Assembly (NCBI RefSeq): GCF_024502345.1
Contig: NZ_JALDNN010000001.1
Source: Escherichia coli
GTDB taxonomy: Bacteria; Pseudomonadota; Gammaproteobacteria; Enterobacterales; Enterobacteriaceae
Reading direction: 5' to 3' (one strand)
Length of the DNA stretch: 64,000 nt
In this document: positions 54,491 through 63,884 of the stretch, piece by piece
Layout: the number at the start of each line of letters is the position of its first letter
How positions within the stretch are numbered: position 1 is the stretch's first letter
The notes under the pieces: model-generated
Told to the model about the DNA's origin: nothing
What the model saw: the letters and a program-made list of their open reading frames with translations, nothing else
The model's database searches: none
Translations under genes and position numbers: made by a program

Positions 54491-56520
54491 GTTACTTACC
54501 AATAGAAAGATTAGAACAATTAAGAATTGGATCTGTTGGATTTGTATCACCTAATGAAATTAGAGTTTCTTTAGAGATTGACTCCCCTGATTCAGTGTCA
54601 CTTCAAGGCGGTTCCCCCCGCAATTTTCCTCGAATAAATAGTTATGTACTGATCAGTAGCGATGATGGATTTCTCGTCGGACAGGTTGAATGGATTGCCG
54701 TAGAACACTCTCCATACCCCAAAAGAAGAGGCTTACAAGATTTTGGCTTGATAGATCTTCCTTTTCCACTTAAAAAGCTCAGTATCAATCCCGTTGGTAC
54801 TTTGAGAGTCGATAGAAAAAACGAAGATTACAAGTTCACAAGAGGAACAGATGCTTTTCCCTCGGTTGGTGACTCCGTGCTCCTGCCTACTGACCGGCAA
54901 TTAAAATCAATAATAGAATCAGGTGACAATAGAAGAGTAAAAATAGGGGACAGCCCCCTAGCTAACAATGCGGAAATAAAAGTGGACCCTGATAGGCTTT
55001 TTGGACGACATTTAGCTGTTTTGGGCAATACAGGTAGTGGTAAATCATGCTCGGTTGCGGGGTTAATTCAATGGTCTTTAGATGCTGTTTTACAACAGGG
55101 ACAGATTCCAAATGCTCGGTTCATAATACTTGATCCAAATGGAGAATACAGTAGGGCATTCGGCCCAGAATCAAAATACAAGGGTAAGCTATTACGTGTA
55201 GAAGCTAACACTGGTGCTGAAGAGATAGATCTTAAAGTTCCGTCATGGTTATGGAATAGCTCTGAGTGGGGTGCTTTCACTCAAGCGAGTTCAAAAGTTC
55301 AACTTCCTTTACTACGCCGAGCTTTGAGGGCGATGAGAAATGATGTTTTATCAGAAGATGATGTGACAATCCAAGCGAAACACTTCTGCGGTATCCTACT
55401 CGTATCCATACGACAATTATCAAGCCAAGGCCAGATATATGTGAATGGCGGCCATGCCAAAGGTTTCGTTGATAGTTTAACGTCTTGGAATAATAGCCTG
55501 TCCACATTAAACGACAAAATCGATAACAAACCTTTCGATAATCTAATAAACACGATGAATGTGTATCTTTCCTCTCGTATAGGAATAAAATGGCCTGAAA
55601 AACCTGAAGTTTCAGATACTGATCAGTTGATTAATGAATTAAAAAATGCATATGAAACGCTTGGAGGTGATGAACAAGGACTTCTTCCAAAAAGTGAAGA
55701 TTCGCCTATTCGTTTTAAAGGGGATGATTTTGTCGCATACCTAGAAGCTCTAGCTCAAGAGACAGGCACAGAGCAATTCGTTGAATTCCTTTTGACTCGT
55801 ATTCGAACAATGCTAGGTGACACCCGTATAAGTGCAGTAACAAATGATTCGGAACAGCCTATCAGTTTAACTAATTGGTTAGACACTTTTCTCGGTAGAG
55901 ATGGACAAGGTTCCATAACTGTTATCGATTTATCGCTAGTCCCTAATGAAATAATACATTTGGTAACTGCTGTAATTTCCAGAGTAACTTTTGAAGCATT
56001 ACAACGTTATCGAAGACTTAAGGGGAAACCACTACCAACAGTTATGGTTGCAGAAGAAGCGCATACATTTATTAAACGCTACAAAGAAGATAGTGAGGGT
56101 CAGTCAGTCTCTGACGTATGCTGCAAAGTGTTTGAAAAGATCGCACGTGAAGGCAGGAAATTTGGGTTAGGTCTTGTAGTTTCTTCCCAACGACCCTCAG
56201 AGCTATCTCCGACTGTGTTATCTCAATGTAATACTTTTTTGTTGCACAGGATTAGTAATGATAGAGATCAAGAGCAAGTCCATAGACTTGTTCCCGATAA
56301 CATGAGGGGGTTGTTGAGGGAGTTGCCATCGCTACCATCTCGGCATGCCATTCTACTAGGATGGGCTTCTGAACTTCCGGTTTTAGTTAGAATGAAAGAG
56401 CTTACTGAAAAACAAAGACCACAATCTGACGATCCCGATTTTTGGGATGTGTGGTCTAACACTACAGAAGAGCCTCGCGAAGTTAATTGGCAACCAATAG
56501 CTGATGATTGGCAAAGTTAA
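54487..56520 (+). CDS. HerA/FtsK-like P-loop ATPase (candidate partner of the SIR2-like protein)
   Basis: 677-aa ORF; Walker A LAVLGNTGSGKS, Walker B VMVAEEAHTF, downstream VVSSQRPSEL motif; ATG overlaps the upstream stop (ATGA), consistent with translational coupling. Confidence 0.75.
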   Translation: MSYLPIERLEQLRIGSVGFVSPNEIRVSLEIDSPDSVSLQGGSPRNFPRINSYVLISSDDGFLVGQVEWIAVEHSPYPKRRGLQDFGLIDLPFPLKKLSINPVGTLRVDRKNEDYKFTRGTDAFPSVGDSVLLPTDRQLKSIIESGDNRRVKIGDSPLANNAEIKVDPDRLFGRHLAVLGNTGSGKSCSVAGLIQWSLDAVLQQGQIPNARFIILDPNGEYSRAFGPESKYKGKLLRVEANTGAEEIDLKVPSWLWNSSEWGAFTQASSKVQLPLLRRALRAMRNDVLSEDDVTIQAKHFCGILLVSIRQLSSQGQIYVNGGHAKGFVDSLTSWNNSLSTLNDKIDNKPFDNLINTMNVYLSSRIGIKWPEKPEVSDTDQLINELKNAYETLGGDEQGLLPKSEDSPIRFKGDDFVAYLEALAQETGTEQFVEFLLTRIRTMLGDTRISAVTNDSEQPISLTNWLDTFLGRDGQGSITVIDLSLVPNEIIHLVTAVISRVTFEALQRYRRLKGKPLPTVMVAEEAHTFIKRYKEDSEGQSVSDVCCKVFEKIAREGRKFGLGLVVSSQRPSELSPTVLSQCNTFLLHRISNDRDQEQVHRLVPDNMRGLLRELPSLPSRHAILLGWASELPVLVRMKELTEKQRPQSDDPDFWDVWSNTTEEPREVNWQPIADDWQS

Positions 56521-56941
56521 TTAACTTAACTAATTTTTAGTAGTGTTATAAGTAGTGGCTTATATCTGACATGACAGTTTAGGTTAGTAGTTTCAATCTA
56601 ACAGTAAGTGTCCACGGTGACGTTTTCATACTCAAATCTCCTGAAATGTGGGAGATTTGAGTATGGTTGTCCCTTATGAGCGAGGAGCGGAAGTTCTGCT
56701 TTAAGTGTATCAAACCCTCCAGCAAAGATGTTCTTGAATGTAATGCCATAATTTCCCTAACATTCCAGCACAAATCAATTAACTCTCAGTCCATAGTGTA
56801 TTTTACTTAAATTAAAATCAAATACTCTAGGAATTAAAATAACAAGATCACTTGCGATTATGCTATTTTAAATTAATATTTTTGTTTTTACTGGGGAACC
56901 TTCAAAACACGGAGCCAGATTTCTTCGTAGCTACCCTGTTG

Positions 56942-57766
56942 CTAGGGTTTCAAGTATTCCCCTAAAGGAAAGAAATTTTTTGACAACTTTTGGGATTCAG
57001 CAATTTTAACCAAATAAATATAGAATCCCAACAGAGCACTGTTCTCGCTTTCCCCCCTCGAATAGTGAACATGCCCAGGCACCTTCCGGATGAGGAAACC
57101 ATTATTTTTTACCAAATAATACCCTCTATCTAAAATTGTAATTACATCAGGCATATCATCTAAATCGATATTATTTCCAGTCATGTAATTAAACAGCGAA
57201 TCTCGTAAGGTACTTTCCTCTGGACCTTGGAAGGCTAGTAGTAAGAATGGTGTTTTTCTCAAGGTTGCACACATCCCTGAGATTTCCTCTACTAATTGCA
57301 CTGTATTTTGGGGAATATTTTCTTTCATAAAATAACCATCGTCAATACCGATTGGATTGATTCTTACCAAACCTTTTGACCTAACGCAAGCATCTAAGGT
57401 TGTCTTAAGGTTTGAAGCTCCTTCGGTCATTGAGCCAGTGTTTAATGAAGATTTACATTCAATTAACGCTAAAGCTGAATCGACAGGGACCATACACTGA
57501 TCTTTATCATAACTAAGTTTTAAAGAATGTTTCGAGTATATGATAATATCCATCTGACTTGAGAGATTATCCTTAGAGTCAAAAACCTGTCCTGATGTAA
57601 TATCTAAATTACTAGGGAGATTTGCTTTTAAAAATTCCCTTATTACAATTTCTCTAGCACTTCCTTTGCTACTCCCGTTCGTCGTTATGGATGACAAATT
57701 AAATGCTGAAACCAAAGATGCCGTATGGTTTTTTAAGTGTTTCTGGATTAATTTCATAAAGCTCAT
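56942..57766 (-). CDS. Hypothetical protein, possible PD-(D/E)xK-type nuclease
   Basis: 274-aa AT-rich ORF convergent with the SIR2/HerA operon; contains D...ExK-like residues (QMDIIIY ... ALIECK); start codon uncertain. Confidence 0.4.
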   Translation of the reverse strand: MSFMKLIQKHLKNHTASLVSAFNLSSITTNGSSKGSAREIVIREFLKANLPSNLDITSGQVFDSKDNLSSQMDIIIYSKHSLKLSYDKDQCMVPVDSALALIECKSSLNTGSMTEGASNLKTTLDACVRSKGLVRINPIGIDDGYFMKENIPQNTVQLVEEISGMCATLRKTPFLLLAFQGPEESTLRDSLFNYMTGNNIDLDDMPDVITILDRGYYLVKNNGFLIRKVPGHVHYSRGESENSALLGFYIYLVKIAESQKLSKNFFPLGEYLKP

Positions 57767-58194
57767 TCCATTTTAATTTATCTACATCGCTTAAAGGCAA
57801 ATGATGCCACCGGCTACCAATTAAAAATTATCTCAACCTGAGAGATTTTTCCAGACTCCAAACGAAAATAAAAAACTACTCGTCACGTCCCTCCTGGCAC
57901 ATAGCCGACACCAAAACCAGCAACATATGGACAACGGTCCCTGCCCTGATGGCAGGTAATTGTATCAGACTTAAACACATATTATTTCTGTGAACTCCCC
58001 CCAACGGCAGTCCTTTCCTCTGAAGACCAGAACCAGACCGTAAAGCCTGCTCTTTCTGCATTTCCCGTATTAATTCATACCATGTGGCACCAGCATTCCC
58101 TTCGCCACACCAGAAAATCAATTCCCCAATAAAAAAGTGCCGTGCCGGGGATGGGTCAACCCTGACGTTCTTTACACCAGTCACAGGAGGTTAT

Positions 58195-59379
58195 ATGTCC
58201 ACCCCCAAACGCTTCCGTTTTACTAATCAGCTCATTAAATCCCTGCCCCCTAACACATCCGATGCACGCAGTACCGATGCCGAATACAGCGACACCGAGA
58301 TTTCCGGCCTCAAGTGTCTGGTCAGCAGAAGAGAAGGTCGTAAAAAGTTTTTGCTACGCTACCTTTATCATGGACGAAAACGCGCCATCGCCATTGGTCA
58401 CTGGCCTGAAGTGGACGTCAATCTTGCTCGTCAGATTGCCATAGAACACAAACGTTCCCTTGCCACCGGCACTGACCCTAAGCAGGAGCGTGAAAACAAG
58501 AGAATGGAGCTGACGTTCGATGAACTCTTTAATCAGCATTATCTGCCATGGGCAAAATCCGCTAAACGCAGTTGGGGAAAGGATGTTCAGCGCTACCGCG
58601 ATCATATCCGTCCCGCCATTGGTCAGAGGCTGCTGAGCGATATCACACCAGCGAGCATTCTGCGCCTTCAGCAGACGTTAAGTACTTCCCTGTCAGCAGC
58701 TACCTGTAACCGTGTCATCGTACTCATTAAAGCCGTCTTTACATGGGCCGGAAGGCAAAGCATGACCTCTGTCCATCCGGCAAGGGTGGTACAGCTTCTC
58801 AGGGAGAACAACGCCCGACAGCGCTATTTCACCGAGGACGAAATTCGTCGTATTTTTCTCTCCGCCGATAACGATACCAGCCCCGTCGCGGCCCGCTATG
58901 TCAAACTGTTGTTACTGACCGGCCTTCGTCGTGATGAGCTGCGTCTGGCTAAGTGGGAGCATGTTGACCCGGTTAAACGCACCCTGTGGCTCCCGGAAAC
59001 CAAGAATGGCTATGGGCGGATTGTTCACCTTAACTCACTGGCGATGGACGTAATCAGAACGCTGCCAACGCAGCGGGGAAATCCGTGGTTGTTTATCGGT
59101 AAAAAACAAGGAATGCCGCTGAATAACCCCGTTAAAGCCTTTCAGCGTATCGTTCGTCGGGCGGGAATTTTCGACCAGGAAGTGTGTATTCATACCTGCC
59201 GCCATTCGGTTGCCGCCCTCATCGTGTCCTACGGCGGAACACTGTATGACGTTCAGGCTCAACTGGGGCACCGCAGCAGTCAGTCTTCACAACGTTATGC
59301 GCATCTTCACCCTCAGCGCTTACAAAACACCAGTCAGTTACTGGCGGAAAGGATAACGGCTCAGCTACCGTCCTTGTGA
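58195..59379 (+). CDS. Tyrosine recombinase / phage-type (P4-like) integrase
   Basis: ATG at 58195 preceded by AGGAGG; 394 aa; C-terminal catalytic R..HxxR..Y signature (HTCRHSVAALIVSYGG ... LGHRSSQSSQRYAHL). Confidence 0.85.
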   Translation: MSTPKRFRFTNQLIKSLPPNTSDARSTDAEYSDTEISGLKCLVSRREGRKKFLLRYLYHGRKRAIAIGHWPEVDVNLARQIAIEHKRSLATGTDPKQERENKRMELTFDELFNQHYLPWAKSAKRSWGKDVQRYRDHIRPAIGQRLLSDITPASILRLQQTLSTSLSAATCNRVIVLIKAVFTWAGRQSMTSVHPARVVQLLRENNARQRYFTEDEIRRIFLSADNDTSPVAARYVKLLLLTGLRRDELRLAKWEHVDPVKRTLWLPETKNGYGRIVHLNSLAMDVIRTLPTQRGNPWLFIGKKQGMPLNNPVKAFQRIVRRAGIFDQEVCIHTCRHSVAALIVSYGGTLYDVQAQLGHRSSQSSQRYAHLHPQRLQNTSQLLAERITAQLPSL

Positions 59380-59389
59380 TAACAGAAAA

Positions 59390-59418
59390 GCAGAGGCAAG
59401 TGCCCCTGCTTTTTTTTT
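59390..59418 (+). terminator. Rho-independent terminator between convergent genes
   Basis: Hairpin gcagaggcaagtgcccctgc followed by a run of nine T. Confidence 0.6.
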
Positions 59419-59434
59419 ACTGTTCAGCCATCAG

Positions 59435-59791
59435 TCAGAACGGGATGGCCCCATATTCTTCATCCGGCACCCGGTTATCATCAAATCTGTTATAGAGTTC
59501 ACGAGCACACTCGCGCGCGTCTTTAATAGACATACGAGGGAACCTGCCGAGGGGTTCATAATAGCAGGCCCCTTCAAGCGTATAACGAGCCAGGAATTTA
59601 ATCTCACCGTTGGCAATGACGGCCCGGAGCGCAGGCTCGCTGCCATCGAAGATTTCACGAGAAATGCCGTGATAAAGGCACTCCGCCAGTGTGTTAACCA
59701 GAGCGTAATCATTGAATGAGGTTTTTTCTTCATTTTCGCTGCTGATAGCGTGAGGAAAACCGTCATAGTACTGGTCTGATTCAAAAATCAT
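59435..59791 (-). CDS. Hypothetical protein
   Basis: 118-aa ORF downstream of the replication-like gene; no recognisable motif. Confidence 0.35.
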   Translation of the reverse strand: MIFESDQYYDGFPHAISSENEEKTSFNDYALVNTLAECLYHGISREIFDGSEPALRAVIANGEIKFLARYTLEGACYYEPLGRFPRMSIKDARECARELYNRFDDNRVPDEEYGAIPF

Positions 59792-59840
59792 ACATCACCT
59801 TCTATTGGTTGTTATTCAGTCAAAATGGTTTTATTCAGGG

Positions 59841-61769
59841 TTAAAATTCGGTCATCACATTGCATTTCAGAAACGCTTTTTTGACCTGGTAGTAAGACTG
59901 CGCCATCGTCTTCAGCGCTCTTTTTTTATAGTGTCCGGCACTTTCGCCAAGCAGATAACCGGAACGCTCTAACGGTCTGGCCACATCAACGGTCTTAAGT
60001 CCCTTTTCAGAACAGAGCTTTTCAAACACCGATTCATAAATCAGGAAGTCGCCGGTTTTGTAATGGACGAATCCCCACATATCTCCCGGGCATCGGGCAT
60101 GTTCGTCACGCAGGGTGATAAAGTGCCTGCTGCTTTTTGTCACCAGCGTCAGCTGAAGCTCCTCCAGCATGTTACGCACCGGGTTATACTGATTCTGGTT
60201 ATCATCCAGCCAGCGTCGTGCAGCGGACATAACGGATTCAGCCACCGCATCGCTTTCGAAAGGTAAAAGGCCATATTTCAGCGCCTTCTCTCCTGCCAGC
60301 CATACCAGCGCAAATCTTTTCAGTCCGCGCCGCTGAACGCGGGTAATATCACGCCCCTCATCCCTCAGGGCCTCTTCCAGTGCGTTACAGCAATCATCTG
60401 TCTGTTCCTGGAGCCAGGATGAAAACTCTGCGTAGGTGCGAAGACCGCCAGCCGTATTTTTCCCGGATAACAGTTTGCCGATAAATGCAGGCCCGGCATG
60501 ACCATAAGCCTCTGCCAGCCCCGTCTTCAGTGCATCTGCACGGGCACGTGTTTCTGATACCGGTTCATCCGGTTTTTGAGCATCCTCAGGCAACAGTTCC
60601 ATACTGATGGCCCTGTGCTCCTGCCCTCCCTGTAACACGGCTTTCTGTTCAGCCAGCTTTTCGGAGATTGACATCTCACCGGTGGAGAGAATAAACATGC
60701 GCCATTTAAACGGCTCATCTGCCGTCAGGCCACGGTTCAGGCGCTCTTTTGCCGTACCTGACGTAATGTTGTAAAGCAGTGAGGAAAGTTGCTTATGATT
60801 ACTCGCACCCAGTTCATCGACGCAGGCGACCAGACCGGAATAGTCAGCGAGAAGGCGCTCCATCGCGTTAGGCGTGGTATTCCAGCGAATAATATTTACA
60901 TTCCCCCCACTACCCGGCTCGCTGCCATCACCATGGACCGATGCAGCCAGCATCAGGAGAAGCGTTTTACCGGTGGTGGATACGCCGTGAAAATGAAACA
61001 TGCCCACATCCATACCGGCAGGAACCAGAAGCATCGAAGCAAAGGACGCACTCAGTGCAAAGGTCTGCGCCCAGCCATGGACATTTTCCCGGATGAGGTT
61101 AATCCACTCCTCCAGGGCCCCACCTTTGTGCAGTCCGGGACGCACGCGGAATCCCGGCAGTAGATAATCAAACCCGGTCAGAGAGGTCACAACGGGCTCA
61201 TGACCATGTAAAAAGGCCATATCCTCCGAAACGAATCCCATCGCATCTGCCATCAGATAGACAGGCAGCGGTAAACTCCGGCAGCGCTGAAGAAAACGGT
61301 CAAAAAGGGCAAACTGCTGTGGAGAGGAGCCAACACAAAATCCACGATCTGCCAGTTTGCCTACTACCTGAGCACCGCTCTGAACAATATCCTCAAAGCG
61401 TACCAGGGCCTTAACATACTTACCCAGCCCGTTACCGGTCATCAGGCTGATCCCAAGACCGGACTCCTTATCTTTTCCACAAAACAGGGCGACAGGCACA
61501 ACTGGCGTGGTGCAAACCTGCACAGGTTTCTGTCCACCGATGTAGAAAAGGCCATTAGCCGTATTCACATAATGCCGTGGCAGCCCATCACCAATACCGA
61601 GTGAAGCGATATCATCTTCACCGACCTCAGTGTTTTCAGCACGCCTGATAATTGCTTCCGACATTTTGTTGAAATTTTTATCGCGGTCAGCAAAAGCGCG
61701 AATACGCTTAATCCCGGAAACCTTAGGAACATTAGTTGTCACTTTTTTATTCATGTGTATTACCATCAA
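59841..61769 (-). CDS. P-loop NTPase, putative primase/helicase-like replication protein of an integrative element
   Basis: 642-aa ORF with Walker A (HGVSTTGKTLL) and a DE box (VACVDELG); immediately downstream of an integrase; start codon uncertain. Confidence 0.5.
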   Translation of the reverse strand: MMVIHMNKKVTTNVPKVSGIKRIRAFADRDKNFNKMSEAIIRRAENTEVGEDDIASLGIGDGLPRHYVNTANGLFYIGGQKPVQVCTTPVVPVALFCGKDKESGLGISLMTGNGLGKYVKALVRFEDIVQSGAQVVGKLADRGFCVGSSPQQFALFDRFLQRCRSLPLPVYLMADAMGFVSEDMAFLHGHEPVVTSLTGFDYLLPGFRVRPGLHKGGALEEWINLIRENVHGWAQTFALSASFASMLLVPAGMDVGMFHFHGVSTTGKTLLLMLAASVHGDGSEPGSGGNVNIIRWNTTPNAMERLLADYSGLVACVDELGASNHKQLSSLLYNITSGTAKERLNRGLTADEPFKWRMFILSTGEMSISEKLAEQKAVLQGGQEHRAISMELLPEDAQKPDEPVSETRARADALKTGLAEAYGHAGPAFIGKLLSGKNTAGGLRTYAEFSSWLQEQTDDCCNALEEALRDEGRDITRVQRRGLKRFALVWLAGEKALKYGLLPFESDAVAESVMSAARRWLDDNQNQYNPVRNMLEELQLTLVTKSSRHFITLRDEHARCPGDMWGFVHYKTGDFLIYESVFEKLCSEKGLKTVDVARPLERSGYLLGESAGHYKKRALKTMAQSYYQVKKAFLKCNVMTEF

Positions 61770-61838
61770 ATTACGCCACCGTCAGAAAACGGGTGCATCA
61801 GAACCATAGTTAAAAACCATACCGTTGAGTGAAGGTTG

Positions 61839-63251
61839 TTACCCCATCGCCCGGTTAACGACTTCGTGGTAACGCGCCGGGGAAGCGTGCAAGTAAAGCT
61901 CCGTTACTTTGATAGTGCTGTGACCCAATAAGTCTTTGACGGTGTGAATGTCGGCCCCGCTCTCAATGAGCTTTGTCGCAAAGGTATGACGCATCTCATG
62001 GATGGTGAACGGTGGAATACCCGCAGCCTCACAAAGTCGTTTTTGCAGGCGACGCGGCTCAGCAACCGGATTGTCGGTTCCCTTGCCCGGAAATACCCAG
62101 CCTTCATCACCCAGATGCTGACGCTGTTCTGTCAGAAGAACGAAAGCCTTATCACATACCGGTACACGGCGTAGTTTGCCGTTTTTGGTATGGCGAAGGG
62201 TGATAACCTTGCGGCTCCAGTCCACATCTTCAAGACGAAGGTGACGGGTTTCCCCCAGACGCAGCCCCGTCAGGGCAAGGAACATGAGAAGAGCAAGGGC
62301 TTCATGATCGGGTTTACCATTACGCCAGCGCTCACAGACGTCCATCCAGCGCTGAAGCTGGGAGTCATCCATGGCACGGCGATCTGACGTCACTTCAGGC
62401 AGCGCTTTGATATAAAGCGCCGGAGAGCGGCTGATGTATCCCATGCGTATAGCCCAGGTAAACACCGCTTTAATGAGCGCCAGATGGCGGTTGCGGGTGG
62501 CAGGCTTGAGATCGAGATTATGCAGATAGCTCAGAATATCTGCCTCCGTCATACCTGCCAGCTTTTTGTCACCGAGAAGAGGGCGCAGGTATTTACGGAT
62601 CTTAGAAAGGTCGGTGTTAGCTGAACGCTTAACGCCCGTGCTGAGTACGCTTTTCTCATACTCATCCACAAGCTCATTAAACGTCATTTTACTGTGAGTA
62701 AGAAAACGCTCACCGTAAGCCTCAACGGCGGTCTTGAGCTCCTGAATTATTTTAAAGGCATGCTCCCTTGCATCTTTAATTGAAATTTCCGGGTAGCCTC
62801 CTACGGCAACGTAGATATTCTTTCCGCGAATACTTTTGCGGACAATAAATTTAATGCGACCTGATGGATAGAATATTGCCTTAAGTCCGGTTAACTTCTT
62901 ATCGCTGGTCTCGATTGTTTGTGCAGCTTGTACTGCACGGATTTTATATTCATCAAAAAGGGCTTTAGTAAAAACACCTCCAGTATTTTTAGGTGCAACC
63001 CCTGGATATTCTACAACATCAGATACTCCAGAGTCGGAATACCCCTGAGCTTCCACATCTACATTGAAGGAATTTTTATGAGCAGCTGTGATGCTCTTTT
63101 CATCCAGCACTTGCGTTATTTTATTTAAAGGGTAATTAACTTTCATAATATGTACATGGTCCTCTGAAAATTCAGATGATAATGAGTAATTTAATATGTC
63201 GGCCAACAATGGGATAAGCTTATTTATTCGTGGCATCACTTTCAAGCCCAT
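61839..63251 (-). CDS. Tyrosine recombinase / integrase (second copy, distinct sequence)
   Basis: 470-aa ORF; catalytic signature RLGETRHL ... HEMRHTFATKLIESG ... LGHSTIKVTELYLH. Confidence 0.8.
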   Translation of the reverse strand: MGLKVMPRINKLIPLLADILNYSLSSEFSEDHVHIMKVNYPLNKITQVLDEKSITAAHKNSFNVDVEAQGYSDSGVSDVVEYPGVAPKNTGGVFTKALFDEYKIRAVQAAQTIETSDKKLTGLKAIFYPSGRIKFIVRKSIRGKNIYVAVGGYPEISIKDAREHAFKIIQELKTAVEAYGERFLTHSKMTFNELVDEYEKSVLSTGVKRSANTDLSKIRKYLRPLLGDKKLAGMTEADILSYLHNLDLKPATRNRHLALIKAVFTWAIRMGYISRSPALYIKALPEVTSDRRAMDDSQLQRWMDVCERWRNGKPDHEALALLMFLALTGLRLGETRHLRLEDVDWSRKVITLRHTKNGKLRRVPVCDKAFVLLTEQRQHLGDEGWVFPGKGTDNPVAEPRRLQKRLCEAAGIPPFTIHEMRHTFATKLIESGADIHTVKDLLGHSTIKVTELYLHASPARYHEVVNRAMG

Positions 63252-63479
63252 GAAAAATCAGCTCTTACATGCCCATTGACATTTAATACTCAAGTCAGAA
63301 AGACCATGATGATTCATCAGGAGTACTCCTGCTCAGGGAAAAGGGAAAATAGCGTTAAACCCTATAAAAAAATTGTGTTCCGGATGCATCGCCCAAAGTA
63401 AGTCAACTTTTGAGGCCCTGAAGGGCTTTGTTGAATAAATCAGATTTCGGGTAAGTCTCCCCCGTAGCGGGTTGTGTTT

Positions 63480-63884
63480 TCAGGCAATACGCACGCTTTC
63501 AGGCATACCTGCTTTCGTCATTTTGTTCAGCGCTCGTACCAGGGCCATAGCCTCCGCAACCTGACCATCGTAGTCACGCAGCGTCAGTGAACCCCCGAAC
63601 AGCTGTTTTACCCGGTACATCGCCGTTTCCGCTATCGAGCGACGGTTGTAATCTGTTGTCCATTTCCACCGCGCATTACGCTGATTAGCCACTGCACGGT
63701 TACGGTCTGCATATTCACCGGGCCAGTAACCCGCACCTTTTCGGGGAGGGATAAGCGCGCTGATTTTCTTACGCCGCAGTTCATCGTGACAGAGCCGGGT
63801 GTCGTAAGCGCCGTCTGCCGATGCTGCCCTGATTTTTCTGTGAGTCTGCCGGATAAGACCCGGGAAGGCTTCTGAGTCCGTCAC
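63480..63884 (-). mobile_element. IS5-family DDE transposase, C-terminal fragment (truncated or frameshifted)
   Basis: 134-aa ORF with DGAYDT and RSIAETAMYRVKQLFG (IS5-type D..E region); reading frame breaks upstream. Confidence 0.55.

Noticed and set aside
57876-58184. 102-aa minus-strand ORF immediately upstream of the first integrase
   Set aside because: It overlaps the integrase promoter and ribosome-binding region, and has no motif or start-site support; likely spurious.
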